A DNA stretch of 64,000 bases from Takakia lepidozioides (GCA_030704615.1 CM060731.1:48732001-48796000); one strand, 5' to 3'; positions 35,857 through 49,573 are shown, counted from the first letter of the stretch. Translations and numbers: made by a program. Notes: a model not told the origin generated them from the letters alone.

Positions 35857-38800
35857 TCAGGCTCGGTCCTTGGCCGAGCGCACTGCGGCAAAAGCTTCTA
35901 CATCGCTAGCGTTGCCAGGTAACTTCATTGTCTTTCTCAATTCAGCGCTGAATGGTCGCAAAAATGGATTCACCTCCTTCTCTTCTCCCATGGTTGTTGG
36001 AATCTGTAAACTCAAATCCAGTTCACACCATGTGAGACATAATAATTGGAGAAAGAAAAGAGAGAGAAAAACATGCAAGCGGGCATTATTACCGTAGGCA
36101 TGCCTTTCTGGCGAAGTTGCTGGACCTTCTCAAACCGTGACAACAGTGCTGCGTTTTGTGGCTCCACGGTTCTGGCAAACTTTGCATTTGACTGCATTCT
36201 CTCACAGCACACATGTTAAGTGGCTAGGACATGTCAGAGCCAAGGAGACTTGGGGGACGGACAAAGGTACCCTTACTTCAAAAGCATCCAATCTTCTCTC
36301 TTCACATCCCTTAATACTTTCAGCTAAGACTCGTTGACGCAGATTTTCGCATGGTACAGGGGGGAAGGCAGGCAGCTGGAGGATTCGTTGCAGTTGGGCA
36401 GCTCTTATTCGTTCCTCAGCGTGCTGAATACTTTTCTATACAGAGGTTCACGAATCATTGCACGATCTGCTGTAAACTATACCTACATAACTGCAGAGGG
36501 CTGGCACCCACACTCATAAAATGCATGCCTGATGAAGAAAGAGAAAATGTAGAAGCCACACTTGCTTGATGATACTCTAGCACTATCCTCCTGACATCAA
36601 GGATTAGGAAGCTGTACCAGTGTGTATTCATGACCACAGTAAATGGACGTGTCATCTGGGAGCGCAGCCAGCTTTGACAACGACATCCACATCTGATGCA
36701 CAATCCAAACCCACCTCTTTATTTCTGTGCCTTCATATTCTCTTCCTTCCCTATAAAATAACCACACCGACATATCTCTCTCATCCTTGCAGTTCCCAAC
36801 TCTGCTCCCTCCAGGCTGTGCACTCGGTTCTAATTGTGATCTCTGGCACTAACAGAGATGGCAAACTAGATTACCCCTAGTAAGGCAAAGGGCTCAACCC
36901 TACTTCCAATGCAAGGATTACCTCATCCACGGAGTATATGTCATCACATGACACTCTCATAGCGCTGCTTCTTCAAATCAAGCCTGTAACTCACACTGCT
37001 GCCTTAAGGGTTTGAGCGAAGGAGGAGATGCCCTCGCCTAACTAGAATGGACAAGATTTGGTTCACAGACATATATCGAAGAGGAGGCACCTGTGCAGGA
37101 GAGCCCTCAAACAAGCGGCCACACCCAATTGAGAAAAGTGTGTCTCCAGTAAACACTACCTTGCTCTCTGGAAAATGGAAGCACACATGCCCTGTACCAT
37201 CCATATGAGCATCACCCAAACTTCATGCTTGTCTTGTTCTATGACACAATGTACTTCCCTTGTGCTCAAAGATGGGTCATTGATGGGCTCAATCATGTAG
37301 ATAGGCATGACTCTTCCTAGCAGAACTGTAAATCCAGAAAATTCAAAAGGTGAGAAGAGAGACAGATCGCCCACCTCGAGTATGACCAGGTGTATGAAGC
37401 ACATGCATAGCATGGCTCCCAAACATCCACGTCTCGCCATCCCTCAGTGCCACATCAATGCCTGGTATCCGCTCCTCATCCGCTCTTGGCCCTACCACCT
37501 ACCCTACATCACTGCCTCCAATCAGTCTAGAGGAAGTCCCTATTACTCTATCTTGCTTCAACACTCATCCTTCCCAATAATCGGGAGTTTTAGGACATTT
37601 TGTGTCCGCTTGTCCACAAAAGTACCCCTTAACTGTTGGTCATCAGCTTGTTTCAAAGGGGAAAGCAATAAAATTTGCCAGCACATATGACCACCTATCA
37701 CAGTAGTCAATCTTGCACAAGCAGCATGCGAAGTGTACCAACACCCCAAGTGAGCCAGCCAGCAAGCAAAGCAGAGGTTTCACATGGGTGAGGGAGAAAC
37801 TACCGTGGCATTATACTGGCGCTTTAAGTCAGCATTCCCACCAGTGTGATCCCAGTGATGATGGGTGTTAAGAATATAGGTGAGGGGTAGGCCCTTTTTG
37901 TCAAGTGCATTGATGACAGGTCCTGCTGCAGAGGGGTCCACCACACCTGTTATGCCGGAGGAGGTATCATGAAGGAGATACGCATAATTGTCTATCAGAC
38001 ATGGCACCTGCACGTGCACCCCTCCGCCTCCATGTTTAGCAGACTCATCCTTGATTGCAGAGGAACCCTACCAGTTGAGCATGCTAAGCCCGCATTACAC
38101 ATGAAACAAACAGTTTGATAGATGAAGAGATGTACTCATACGACATTTCCCATAGCCTTGTGGCCATAGACCTGGTGCCCAGTTTGGCCAGAACAAGAGG
38201 GACCAGCCACTAGCAAGCTAATGACAGACCGAGACGCGCAGCACTGACACCCTGAACCAGCCATAACCTGTAGGAGCTGCAACCTCAGAACGAAGGCAAG
38301 AGAAGCGGAACACGGAGAAACTGGGAGCGCTAACTAGCGCTTGCAGTGCAGCTTCTAAAAGTTCAGGTGAGCTCTAGTTTTAGTGCTACAGTTTCTCCGG
38401 TGTCTCGGGGCTCACTCCAGTAGTGGGACTTATCTTGATATGAACAATCAGCTCGGGCTTACCAAATTTCCTCTAGAAAGCCCTTCACACAAGCACAATC
38501 TGCTGTATGTGAGCTGCCCAGCAATCAGACCCCAACCGGGCCAGGGCTTTAAGCTCAGCCTCAAAATTTTGAGAGTTCATGAACAGAGGGGCAGGAACTA
38601 TGTTTAAAGAGGGTTTGCTCTCTGATGAGAGTACTGTCTCAGCTGATTTAGCTCAAAGTACAAGTTAGGCAACCGGTGCTAAATTTAGAAACCAAACTGG
38701 TGCCCAGTAAAAGGTTAAGAGCCTCAATCCACTTCACTGACATCTCTATGAAGTGTGTATAAGAGAGAGGGAGGGAGAAGAGAGAGAAAGAAGTCATAAA

Positions 38801-39994
38801 TATATTGCTTGATAAGAGGCTCATGGCATATGGACACAGTGGAACTGAGAGAGAGAGAGAGAGAGAGAGACCAAATCAATTTGCAAGGTAGCTGTTGTGA
38901 GTGTGACATTGCTAGCCTGCCTATTCTTGCAGCACCAGCTCAAAGTGTTCGACAAGGCACCCGTTCGCTCCTTGCCATGTGCCCTGCACAATGCACCGCT
39001 CTGCAAGCTCCATGCAAAAATTACCCATCAAGACTCTGTGTTGTGAACACAAAGGGTCTCTGGCATCATCATACCAGGTGCACTTAAACACCACTTGTGG
39101 AATTGAAATGGTCCATCAATCGCCAAAAGGAAACGCCAATGGTAACTAGAATGTGAACGATCTGCTACCTATTGTTGACGACTATTCATGGTCACAGATC
39201 CAGCCCGCTTCAAAGACCAGGTAATAATTCGGACTCTGTTCTGGAGACAAACCTGCGATTGAATTCGCTCTCTCTCAATAACCCCATCTTTAAATAGTTA
39301 CCTGAAACTTCGGGCGAATTTCTTGCACTCTGTAAGCTGATATTCACTATACTTGTCTGCCAAATTCTCTCACTATTTGGGTAGATCGATTCTCTAGTTT
39401 GCCAACTCAGGGGAAAAGGAGTATATTGAAAGCTGCCTGAACTATGCTGACTATAGCACCCAAATCCTAAATCATACAGAGCATCGCTATCCCTGTTCTG
39501 CTCAAACAAAGGGCTCAATTTCCGAGATTTTACAAAGAAACACGCTCGCATAGCAACTCAGCGCGAGCAAGCGACGTTTAATGAAACATCAAAAATGAAA
39601 GCTATCAATACGCAATTCGAGACTATAACAGCGAGCAATTCAAAACAGTGATCCACAGCATCCCCCATAGAGGTCATTTCTTGAAAGTCAGCCGCGAAAA
39701 TTCCTTATGCAGAAAACGTAGAATCTCATGGAACCCATTTCAAGAATCTCAAAAGATGCAGACTCACGCAGCCACTCCAACACAAGAATATTTCGTGGAC
39801 ACAATAAGATCCGGCGAGGGAGAGTGCCAGGGCGACAGATACGTGCACGATAATTGAGCTCATTCCAATCACAATATGCAGGTACAAAAATTAACAAGAA
39901 CCCCACAAAGTGATCGAGAGGGGCATACAAGAGGCAGGAAGGTCGAGCAGCGTCGCAGAGGAGGGGAAGTCAAGCGTGCTACCGCCATCGCCAT
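35857..39994 (-). CDS. GLX2: Hydroxyacylglutathione hydrolase (glyoxalase II), organellar. Exons 39994-39929, 39000-38872, 38007-37804, 37498-37375, 37191-37091, 36692-36618, 36191-36093, 36003-35857
   Basis: [19 protein letters not shown], metal-binding [47 protein letters not shown] and EKEVNPFLR motifs; N-terminal transit-peptide-like exons. Confidence 0.94.
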
Positions 39995-42082
39995 GGCCTT
40001 CAAGCTTCCGACGGCTGTGACTCCCGTCCAACGATATTTCTAGCCACTCTATTGACGCCGTCGCCTCTCCGTCGTACCTTCGTTCGTCACGCGGCCTACA
40101 GTGATCATTTATGAATTGTTTTGTTTTGCTTTTTTTTATTTTCTTACAGAGAACTTAGGGAACGTGAACTTACTAAGGGGAAAACATTTCCAGATAAAAA
40201 TATTTATTTTTTCCCAATTTGTTTTCTTTCAATGAATCCGGGCTCTGTCCAAAAAACAAGGAAAAAACAAATAGACAGCCAGCCACATTGCTCATCCTGA
40301 CTATTAGTGGATGATTTGCATCCACGGTAATTAGGGTTTTCGACAGTGACAGTGTGGGCTACATACACAAATCATTGGCATTCACGAGAGCATTGCACAG
40401 TTTGTTGGAGGGACTTGAATGAGGGGGAACATGTGTTGATGCGCGGGGCATTCAAGCTCGTCCTCATTTATTCGCCATCATCGTCTGTGGCAGCTCTCGT
40501 GGTTCATTATAGTGTGTCTCATGGAGCCTGGCATTCCGAGTTGACAGCACAGTACTCGCGCATCAATGGAGGGGACGTCAAAACAGCAGGGCTGGAGGCC
40601 GCTGGACACATGAGAGCTCTGATCGCGAGTTTGGTGCGTTAGAAAACAGCAGTAAGTTAAGTTAGATATGGAAGATTGTGAAAGCCACTGTTTACCGGTT
40701 GGAGTATCATGAGTCATATCTATCTGACAGCGGGAGTGAAGATTATAAAGAGGATCTTGTTTCATGCGAGGCCAGCGACATCAAGCAAAGATGAAGTTGT
40801 TGGGACTGAGTCTAATTTCAAAATTGAAGGTCTGACAAATTTGTATTCTAGGATGACGGCTTGGGACTGGTTGGATCAGAAGAGATGATATTCTAGTAAT
40901 TGTGATGAGTTTTTTACTTCGTCCATAGCCCGCCAGTCTCTTTGTCGGTCTGTCTACGTGACTTGTTGTCCTCTTGGTAATAAGTGATAAACCCACACAG
41001 GACAGCGGTGGCAAGTAGGCCGAGCCTTTCCCCAAGCAAACTCCACTGGACCAGGCCCTGCGTGCTGCTTGTGAGCAAAAAGCAAAAATGTCAAGTGACA
41101 CATGACGCCCGCAATGCGAGAATTGGCAATCTACGTCCCAACACAGATGCGCGCCTGACTTTCCTGGAGACCAATTAGTTGCCACCTGAGCACAGCATGG
41201 GTCCTATCTTCTTCTGGGGAGAGCTTTGAGGCAAACTCTAGCAAGCTATCAATTACCCAATGTCTCTCCAAAGTCCAGACATTGCATGCAACATCAATCC
41301 AGTCACAAGAACTGCAAGAGCATAGAAAATCAGTTTGTACAAATTAAGAAGCCCAAGCACCTTGTTCTATATCGAGAGTTGGGATAGCCCTGAACAGATC
41401 CGTTCTCGTTCGCAGTCTAGCATAAGGAGTAGCGCAAATTGCCTAACTTTCTACTTGTATGCAAAACTGCCTCTGGCTGAATGCACCACTCTTATCCCAG
41501 CAACATGCGCAGCTCAGTTTGGAGGACTCATGAACTGCCACAGGTTGAAGATTTGTGCATCCTAAACTAGACCAGCAGAGGACCGTGTACCTCCCGGAGC
41601 TCGCAGCAGTGACCCTATCTATAGTAAACTGTCTAGTACCCAGCGCAAGAGTGATCGGGACAGATTAGTGAAGAATCAATGAAGTAACATGGATTCTCAT
41701 AACGACAATGTGAGTCGGCTAAATTTTCCTTTTCCAACGCACACATGAGTGTGTGTGATTGTGACTCCACGCTTCCTAACACCACTGCTTGAGTGCGGAT
41801 ACCCGCCACCTCAACAAAAAAAATGTTTCGGGAGAATGTCCGTCTCTAACTTTCGGACTTCGGAGCTGATCTTCCAGGTTGGATTACCGGCCTTGTCTTA
41901 AATTGAAACCGTGGCCATCATCAGAATCTGGTGTATGTCGGTCGCTTGAGCCTCCCTAACTACTCTTTGATTTCACGGCAGTGGTAGCCCGAGACGAAGT
42001 TTAAGGACTCCGCTAAGCAAGTATCGAAGACCCAATCCGGCGTCTCCCCGGACCAAACGTGACAAGTGATCCAGAGTGACAT

Positions 42083-42556
42083 TCACCTCCGAAGCAACTC
42101 CAAGCGCTGACTAGCAATCGTCTTCGCATACACAGGGACGGACTCTTCGCCATGATGAGGCAGGTCATCGTCTTCGAATGAGGAAGAAGGGTGGGGGTGG
42201 AAATCAGAGGTCAGAAAATGATGGCCCATAACCAGTCCCGCGTAGTTGCGGCTGCTAGACGCGACAACTAGCATACATGTGACGTAGGAATCACGTAGTC
42301 GTTTCAACGGAGACGCCAGGTTTATGCATCCTATTCGAAGCTGGCTACCGCAAGGGCTCTGGACGGGACCTTCTTTGTGCTCCGGCTCCACCTTCTGGCC
42401 TTTCTTTTTACTCTTCAGCATTGAATAGCACCCCACCTGATCTGCGTGTTCTCTCGTCGTATTACTGGAAGGAAAATTCTCTCTGCTTGGTGCATGTCTT
42501 TCTGGAACAGCCCTCATCCTGCTCGTCGTTTCACTGCTCGCATGAGATGCAGCCAT
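42083..42556 (-). CDS. Uncharacterised intronless small plant protein (157 aa) with SPLKRLRDSYVTCM motif
   Basis: ATG-initiated ORF with TATATA ~40 bp upstream (42592). The motif resembles the LRDxYV motif of uncharacterised plant protein families and recurs at 62.3 kb. Confidence 0.6.
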   Translation of the reverse strand: MAASHASSETTSRMRAVPERHAPSRENFPSSNTTREHADQVGCYSMLKSKKKGQKVEPEHKEGPVQSPCGSQLRIGCINLASPLKRLRDSYVTCMLVVASSSRNYAGLVMGHHFLTSDFHPHPSSSFEDDDLPHHGEESVPVYAKTIASQRLELLRR

Positions 42557-43649
42557 AGTTTCTGGAGAAGGCTTGATGAAGTTGCCCCGAGTATATACAA
42601 TGTTTGGAATGGACCTCGTATGCCTTTCTAGTGGACTTATAGCTCACAGAGAGAGTTAAGAGAGAGACAGAGTTGACACACAAAGAGACATCAAGAGATC
42701 TAGCTTGTCATGACGTAATTACTGCTGGCAAATTCCAGTACTTCCATGAACATTGAACAACCAAGGCCATGTAGATGTATTCAGTGATTTTTCCGCCCAG
42801 TGCAGCCAGATCGTACCCGACAGACGTACAAAAGTGCCATAGGTGCACTTCCTATCAGAGGTCTGCAGTTTGAGATGAAATGAAGCCCTGCAGGACTGTT
42901 TAGTACGATGGCATGAGAGGAAAGCAAACACCTCGATACCAACTCCGCGTTACAAACAAGTACACCGTGCAGGTCACCACCAACGAGAGCGAGAGATGAC
43001 AAACACTGAAATCATTCTATGCCAGAAATACAGAAAGAACGTGATGCGGCCGTCAGTGGCAGAATAGCATGTTAAGCCGCACTAGCAGCCAACAGAGGCA
43101 TCAGAGCTGCCCCGCCTGCTCAGTACTCTCAGTAATCGCGGCAGAGACGAGACAGACGAGACGAGCAGCTCACGTTTGGAGGTGGCCCTCGTAGGCCCCC
43201 CTCCATTCCCTTGTCAGAGCCCTTCATCAGCCTTCATTACGGCGCTTCGTCGTGGGTTCAAATCTTGCGACGACGAAAGTCAATGGATGGATTGTGGACT
43301 TACCATTTAACGACTCGGAAATATATCTGCAGATTCGGGCAGCTCTGGCAGCGAGATGTTATGCACTGCCCGGGATGCACCCAAAATAACTGCTTTTGAA
43401 TTACTTCTAAACTTTCTTTTTAAGAACTTCGTAACAAACAAATCAGGTTTCACAAGGTTATTTTTTCCTTGCTTTAATAAAAATTTAAGGGTTTTTAAAA
43501 AAACAAATCAAGTCCTTTTTTCTTTTTAAGGTTCAGTCATGGATATATTGAGACATCCAACGGATTCCAGACGCTGAGCATTAAATTGAGCGGATACCGA
43601 TTGATTGAACATTTGAAAAATAGGTTAACTTATGAAAATACTCAGATTT

Positions 43650-43717
43650 GTTTTTTTTTTAAGAGAACAGGGGACAGTGGCCCTGGTAAATTTTATTGAT
43701 AAGGTAAGGAAAAAATA
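43650..43717 (-). mobile_element. Extremely 5'-truncated (68 bp) LINE/SINE 3' end with TSD
   Basis: Minus strand reads AATAAA..AGGGCCACTGTCCCCT..A10, flanked by ACTCAGATTT direct repeats (43640-43649 and 43718-43727). Confidence 0.7.
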
Positions 43718-45716
43718 ACTCAGATTTAAAATTTGATATTTATTTTAAGATCCATGGTATGTAATCATTCTATAATCCAACAACTTGTGCTCTCAAATAT
43801 GCACTCAAATGAGTACATGTATGAGAGCGAAATAATAAATCTTATTTTGCATCAAGATACGGTTGGATATTTCTTTTCCTTTTGAAAAGGAACTACATAA
43901 AAGTAACTGCTCTAACAAATCAGTGGGGGGAAATTAATCTCTTAGAAAAGTAACAATATTTCTCAGCCTCCATGGCACGGTTACTGTGAAGAGGTTATTT
44001 TCTCCTCTCACAATCGAGGGGCCGGATTTGTGAGCTGTCGCTCCAAGGTGTTTCCCTTTGTAAAATTAAAAAATTAAAAAAAAATCAGAATGCAATTTGC
44101 AATTCAATAAACATTAGTAAAGCTCTCAAGGGCTTCCTTACCTTTTTCCAAAAACAAAAAAGAATTGGCCACTTGCTTCTTTTTCCATCTGTTTTAGTTA
44201 CAGCTTTGGGCTGTTTCTCGTCCCTTGCTCGTCGGCCTCTGGCAGATTCTTGCCTTCGGATGATTCTCTTCCCCCCTCCCTTGGTCAGGCACTCCTTCAG
44301 AGGTTATTTTTTCCTCTTGTAATTCTTGGACATTCATGTCCTTATCTATAAAGCTTTGAGGCCTCCGTCCCTCTTCTTTTTTTTAAACTAAAAAAAAAAT
44401 TACAATGGAGATTTGATTATGCTCAATATATATTTTGAGAAGACTAGGCTTAGCCAAGGAGTTGAATGCAAGGGTGGTACCCTTGCGAGGACTCTGAGGA
44501 TGGTCGCCGGCGAAAATGCAGTCAAGTCCACACCCACCTCCGGCCTGCCCGCTTTGTACCGATTGACTAAGTCTTAGTGTAGAGCGGGACTAGGGTACCC
44601 TAGTGCCACATAATCCTCAGTCAAGTCATCATCGTCAATTTTTAAGCTGACCGGAAAAGGAAAAAGAAGAAACTAAAGATCTTTTTTGCAAATCTGCTCT
44701 AATAACGCTTTCTTCCTTTCTTCAGCCACGTCCTCATTGTCATTTCTAAGCTGCCCGGTAGAGGAAAAGAATGAATTTTAAAATTTTGTATTGCGAATAT
44801 GCTCTAATATTGCTTTGTTGGCTCTCTTATAGATAGAGACTACAGACATCACGTTGAAGACAATGGAGGAAAGGTGGTCAAAGGACCTTACACCGTGTTA
44901 AGGTTCCAATTGGTGTGTTGTGTTGAGTCATGCTCCCTAGCTTCCCTTCCTCTTATTTTTGCCAAAGCAAGAAAACCCATTGCAATTTGAGGCCTTTTCC
45001 TTTTTTGGCTCTATTGTAGAGAGAGATTACGCATCATGTTGACGTCAAAGGAGAAAATGTGGTAAAATGACCTTGAGTCATGCTCCCTTAGTCTTCCCTT
45101 CCTCTTATGTTTTGCCAGAGCAAAAGAGCCGAATTTGAAGCTTGTTTTTTTCTTTTTTTTCCCTTTCTTTTGTTTCCAATGTAAATGTTACAACACTTCT
45201 AGATATTAATTATGATAAAACCACCAAACAGAAATCAATGATATGCCCAATTTTCAAAACCCTCACAACTTCAATTCTTTGCTTTTGTGGTGAGCACGTT
45301 TCAATTTATTCATATATTACAATAGTATATATATATAATAAATATGGATAGTAATAGTTAGTGAAATGTTCCTGACGTACATTCTCTAGATAAAACCTAA
45401 ATCTTTGATATTGACAACTTATGAGAAATAATAAATTTCAAATTTATTATGGATGAAAGTAGATTTAATTATTCGCAAAAGGAGCCATAGGCAACTAGCT
45501 GCTTGTTACAAATACACATCAACCAACTCTATGATAGATATTAGATATATATGTACATCTATTTAGTCTCTGTATCGTTCTATATCCACTCAAAATTAAG
45601 ATTATAGATGTGGAAGTACAGTCCCAGTGTGCATATGAGTTGTAGAGTTTTGTTCACAGCTTCAAATTTGTGCCTTACAAAAAGTTTGCAGATCTCTGGG
45701 CTGAGGGGCTCCACAT

Positions 45717-45900
45717 CAGTGTTGGGCGGGTATATGGGTGGGAGGCGGGCATCAACCCGGGTATTAAAGGACCTGCCCGGCGGGCTTTAAAATCACGATA
45801 TCTGGCAAAACCCCGTGGGTATTGCATTTTCAATGCCTGTCCCAAAGCCCTGCATAGGCGGGTATTAGCTAGGGCTATACCCTTGAAATACCGGGGTTGG
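45717..45900 (+). mobile_element. Solitary hAT-like left end related to the 23-25 kb elements
   Basis: Begins CAGTGTTGGGCGGGTA, with CCCG/CGGG/GGGTA subterminal motifs. No matching right TIR found. Confidence 0.5.
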
Positions 45901-46092
45901 GGTGGTGTCAAGGGATCTTCACATGTTATCCATCTTATGGTTAGGGTTTAACATATTCATCCAAATGTCAGGAGCAGCTACAGGTAATTTTGTCTTTACT
46001 TTCCATACGGCATGGAGATGGAGGACCGGAAACAAGGACAAAGGAGCGGGACTGGGGGAGTAGGGAAGCGAATACGGGAAACAAAAGAGCGG

Positions 46093-48210
46093 ACAACGGG
46101 GGTTGGTATCATGTGAGCAAAATCAGCATGAGCAGAGCAGAAAAAACAGCCCATGTGAGCACAATCCATGGGTAGAGGGCATATGTTTGAAAACGGAAAT
46201 AGAAGTCATAAAAGTGGACATAGGATAACTGCTGCATCAATAGGATCACTTATTTCATGGTATATTATGAATGTGTTTATATAGAAATAGATAGACACAA
46301 TTTACTTGAAACTATTGGAAGGAAATAATTCAAAATGCTCGTCATTAGGCATACCATTAAAAAAAATTAAGAGTTAAATAATAATTTTAATATTGTAATA
46401 TAATAAACGATAATATCTCAACAACAAATGATAAAGATGACTCAAATATATCACAACTATTTTGAATTTATAGACAGTTTCGCATATACTTTCAAAAGAC
46501 TAGATCCTATACACAGTGGTTTGTTTCTTCTTCGATTAGGGTCCCGGGAGACGAGGTTTTTATAAGAAACATTTCCTGGGGTGGTATTCATTAGTCAGGT
46601 CAAGTCATGCAATGTCTCTGCTGAAGGAGAAAGGGATAGGTGAAGAGGGTTGCAGAGCAAGCAAAGAGAGAGTCACTGATTCACTTCATGCCCATACGCC
46701 ACACACAAATAAGAAATTCAAATTGAAAAAATAGTTTTGTTGTGATTATAAATAAAAATTTATATATTAAAATTATATATATATATTATATTTATGATAA
46801 TGCCTGCATATCTGTCTCTTTTACACCAAAAAATATAGATATATTAATATACTACAAATACACATCAATGTAGGGATATATAAATATATATATGTAAGAA
46901 GACTCTAGCGTAATTTATGATGTCACTTTACTTGAATGACCTATGTTGGACTTTGAATCCAATCGAAATAGATATTGTTCATTGGAATCGTCAGTAGTAG
47001 TAGTGTGGAGCAATATGAAACCATAATATTTTAGAATGCGGTTGGTTGTTTGTTGTATAGTGACGGGTGGTTTGCTAGTAAGGCGATGCCCACAACAAAT
47101 TTACGTGGTGGAGGGTTCAACTTGGAGGGGCGCTAGTCCCACCCCTACGTCACTTATTTTTTGTATGTTTTGTTTCATGACAACAAGAGGGAGTTACACC
47201 AATTAGATTGACACTCCCTTCTATGTGGGTGTTTGGTGTCCGTACATTCCATGTCACCCCAGTTTTATTGACAAAAATAGCACAAACCCATAAGTTCAAA
47301 TGCTCATTAATATAACCAGAAATTGCATGTGATCTTCAGGCACGAATCATAAGGCTTAGCAAAATTACTATATCTTTCACTCAATGAAGAAAAAACAACA
47401 TTAGTTTGCCCCACATCCAAATTGCATTTCTAGTAAGAGTCTCAACACAATGAGACAATAGTTGTATGCATTTCGATTGCTTCAAAGTAACTCTTTGAAA
47501 GACAAATATTTTAGATAAAAAATCATCCAACAAAACAATGTATTGGAAAATAACATAGGGTCCACTTTTGAAAGGGTCTAGGAGTTGTTAGGCGAGCTGG
47601 CTCTCATGAGTTACGCTGAAGTCATCTCTTGCAGACAAGAATAGGTTGTATGAACCTACATGTTGTCAATTTCATATATTTAAGAAAACATGAACCGAGA
47701 AAATGTTGGATCATCCCACATCATTTTGCTTACATGCATTGGAAAACAAGTTTTTAAGTGATTGATATCGTGCATTTGAAGAGATTGACAAATGAATGGG
47801 TGTTTGTGCCTTATAGTGCACAACGGGGGTTGGAATCATGTGAGTAGAGTCAGCGTGAGCAAGAGCAGGAAAAACAGCCCATGTGAGCACAATCCATGGG
47901 ACATAGAGGGCTTATATGTTTGAAAACAGAAATAGAGTCATGAAAGTGGACATAGGATAACTGCCGCTCCATCAATAGGGTCACTTATTTCATGGTATAC
48001 TATGAATGTGTTTATGTAGAAATAGATAGACACAATTTACTTGAAACTATTGGAAGGCAAAAAGTTAAAATCCTCATCAGTACCATTAAAAAATAAAATC
48101 TAATAGTTAAGTAATAATTTTAATATGATAAACGAGGATATCTCACCAACAAATGATAAAGATGACTAAAATATATCACAACTATTTTGAATTTATACAG
48201 AGTTTCGCAA
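46093..48210. repeat. Dispersed ~390-bp direct repeat pair (46093-46483 and 47820-48209)
   Basis: Shared ACAACGGGGGTTGG...AAAACAGCCCATGTGAGCACAATCCATGGG...AAAGTGGACATAGGATAACTGC...CACAACTATTTTGAATTTATA...GTTTCGCA. Confidence 0.85.
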
Positions 48211-48411
48211 ACAAACAGAATAAGAACTTCAAATCGAAAAACTAATTTTGTTGGGACTGAAAAAGAGAGAAAATTATAATTTTTTTGAAATAACATAAAA
48301 ATACTTTCGCTTGCGATATATTTTTTCAAATTTATATCTCGGATATCTTTTGCAAAAAATAATAAATTGTAAAATTGTGCTTACCTCAATGGGGTACATA
48401 TTCACTCCACA

Positions 48412-48630
48412 CTTCCTTTCAGATTTATCCCTTCAGTTCTATCATATTCAATTCCCTTCAGAATTATCCCTTCAGTTCTATCAAATTCAATTCCCTTCAG
48501 ATTTATCCCTTCGGTTCTATTATATTCATTTTTTCTCAGTTTTATCAGAATGACTTCCATTATATGCAGTTCCTTTTTGTTTTATCACATTGAATTCCAT
48601 TGTATTCAGTTCTCTTTAGATTTATCCAAA
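48412..48630. repeat. 39-bp minisatellite (3 good copies plus decayed copies)
   Basis: Unit TTCAGATTTATCCCTTCAGTTCTATCATATTCAATTCCC. Confidence 0.8.
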
Positions 48631-49014
48631 TTCCACATTCAATTTTTAACTTCGCATTTGTTCCTTGCCTTTAATTTATTATTATTATTTCTATCGAGGT
48701 GAAAACATAGAATATTTTGATTCCAAATTTCACATTTATTTGTTACTTATTATCCTCAGGGATTACTGTCAGTGCTGAAGGTTCCAAATTTATGTTTTAA
48801 GAATTTATTGGTTTCAAGAAAATCAAGCCCGCCACTACTAGCATTTCAGTTTTGTACTGGAGTCAATACACGACCAAAGGGTTGTTTTTTGAACGACGCA
48901 GTGGGGTACATGTTGTGCTCATGTGAGCAAAATTTAAAATAGTTTTGAGATTTGTACATTTCTGGTTCGCCAGAATATTTCCCTTAAATTCCTAAAATAT
49001 CATGTGGGATATCC

Positions 49015-49320
49015 TATTTTTCTCACACCCAGCTTCCAACCACCGGAAGGAAGGTAATAATAGTCCTTGCGGATGAGGTGACAATATGCCTCCTTACCAA
49101 AGAGAGCAGATGGATGAATATCATGAGATACTACGTAACCATACATCATTCATCCAACCGTGCATCAAGTATGTAGGCATGGACATGATGCAAATGAATG
49201 CTCACGTTGGTGGACCTGCACCCTAGCATTTACTTACTCCTGCGTCAAGCCTCATGCGGATTCGAGCCCCAGACCTGCTGCAAAGCAAGCCAAGACATTC
49301 CTTACACAACATACAGCGCC
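49015..49320 (-). mobile_element. Possible tRNA-derived SINE
   Basis: Minus strand has a B-box-like GGGCTCGAATCC about 50 nt from a GGCGCTG start and ends in a short A-run. A-box is weak and no TSD was seen. Confidence 0.3.
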
Positions 49321-49541
49321 CTCATGATCAAGGGTCAGATTGAAGAGTAGTCTGGAATCTGACGGTCTTGCTCAATATGGGGTCAGTGAGCTGTCAGCCA
49401 CATCACTCCGCTCGCCGTCGCAAGTGCCGAGAGTCGTTAGTCAGGATGGATGAGGACGTCTGAAACGGATGATTCATCCATCAGAGAAGCTGCGGCGCAG
49501 ATAGTCTGACCACCCTGAGACAGACAGACGAGGGACGTTTG

Positions 49542-49573
<32 letters not shown>

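Noticed and set aside
40346-41185. ORFs upstream of GLX2
   Set aside because: Non-ATG starts, no recognisable motifs and no convincing splice structure.
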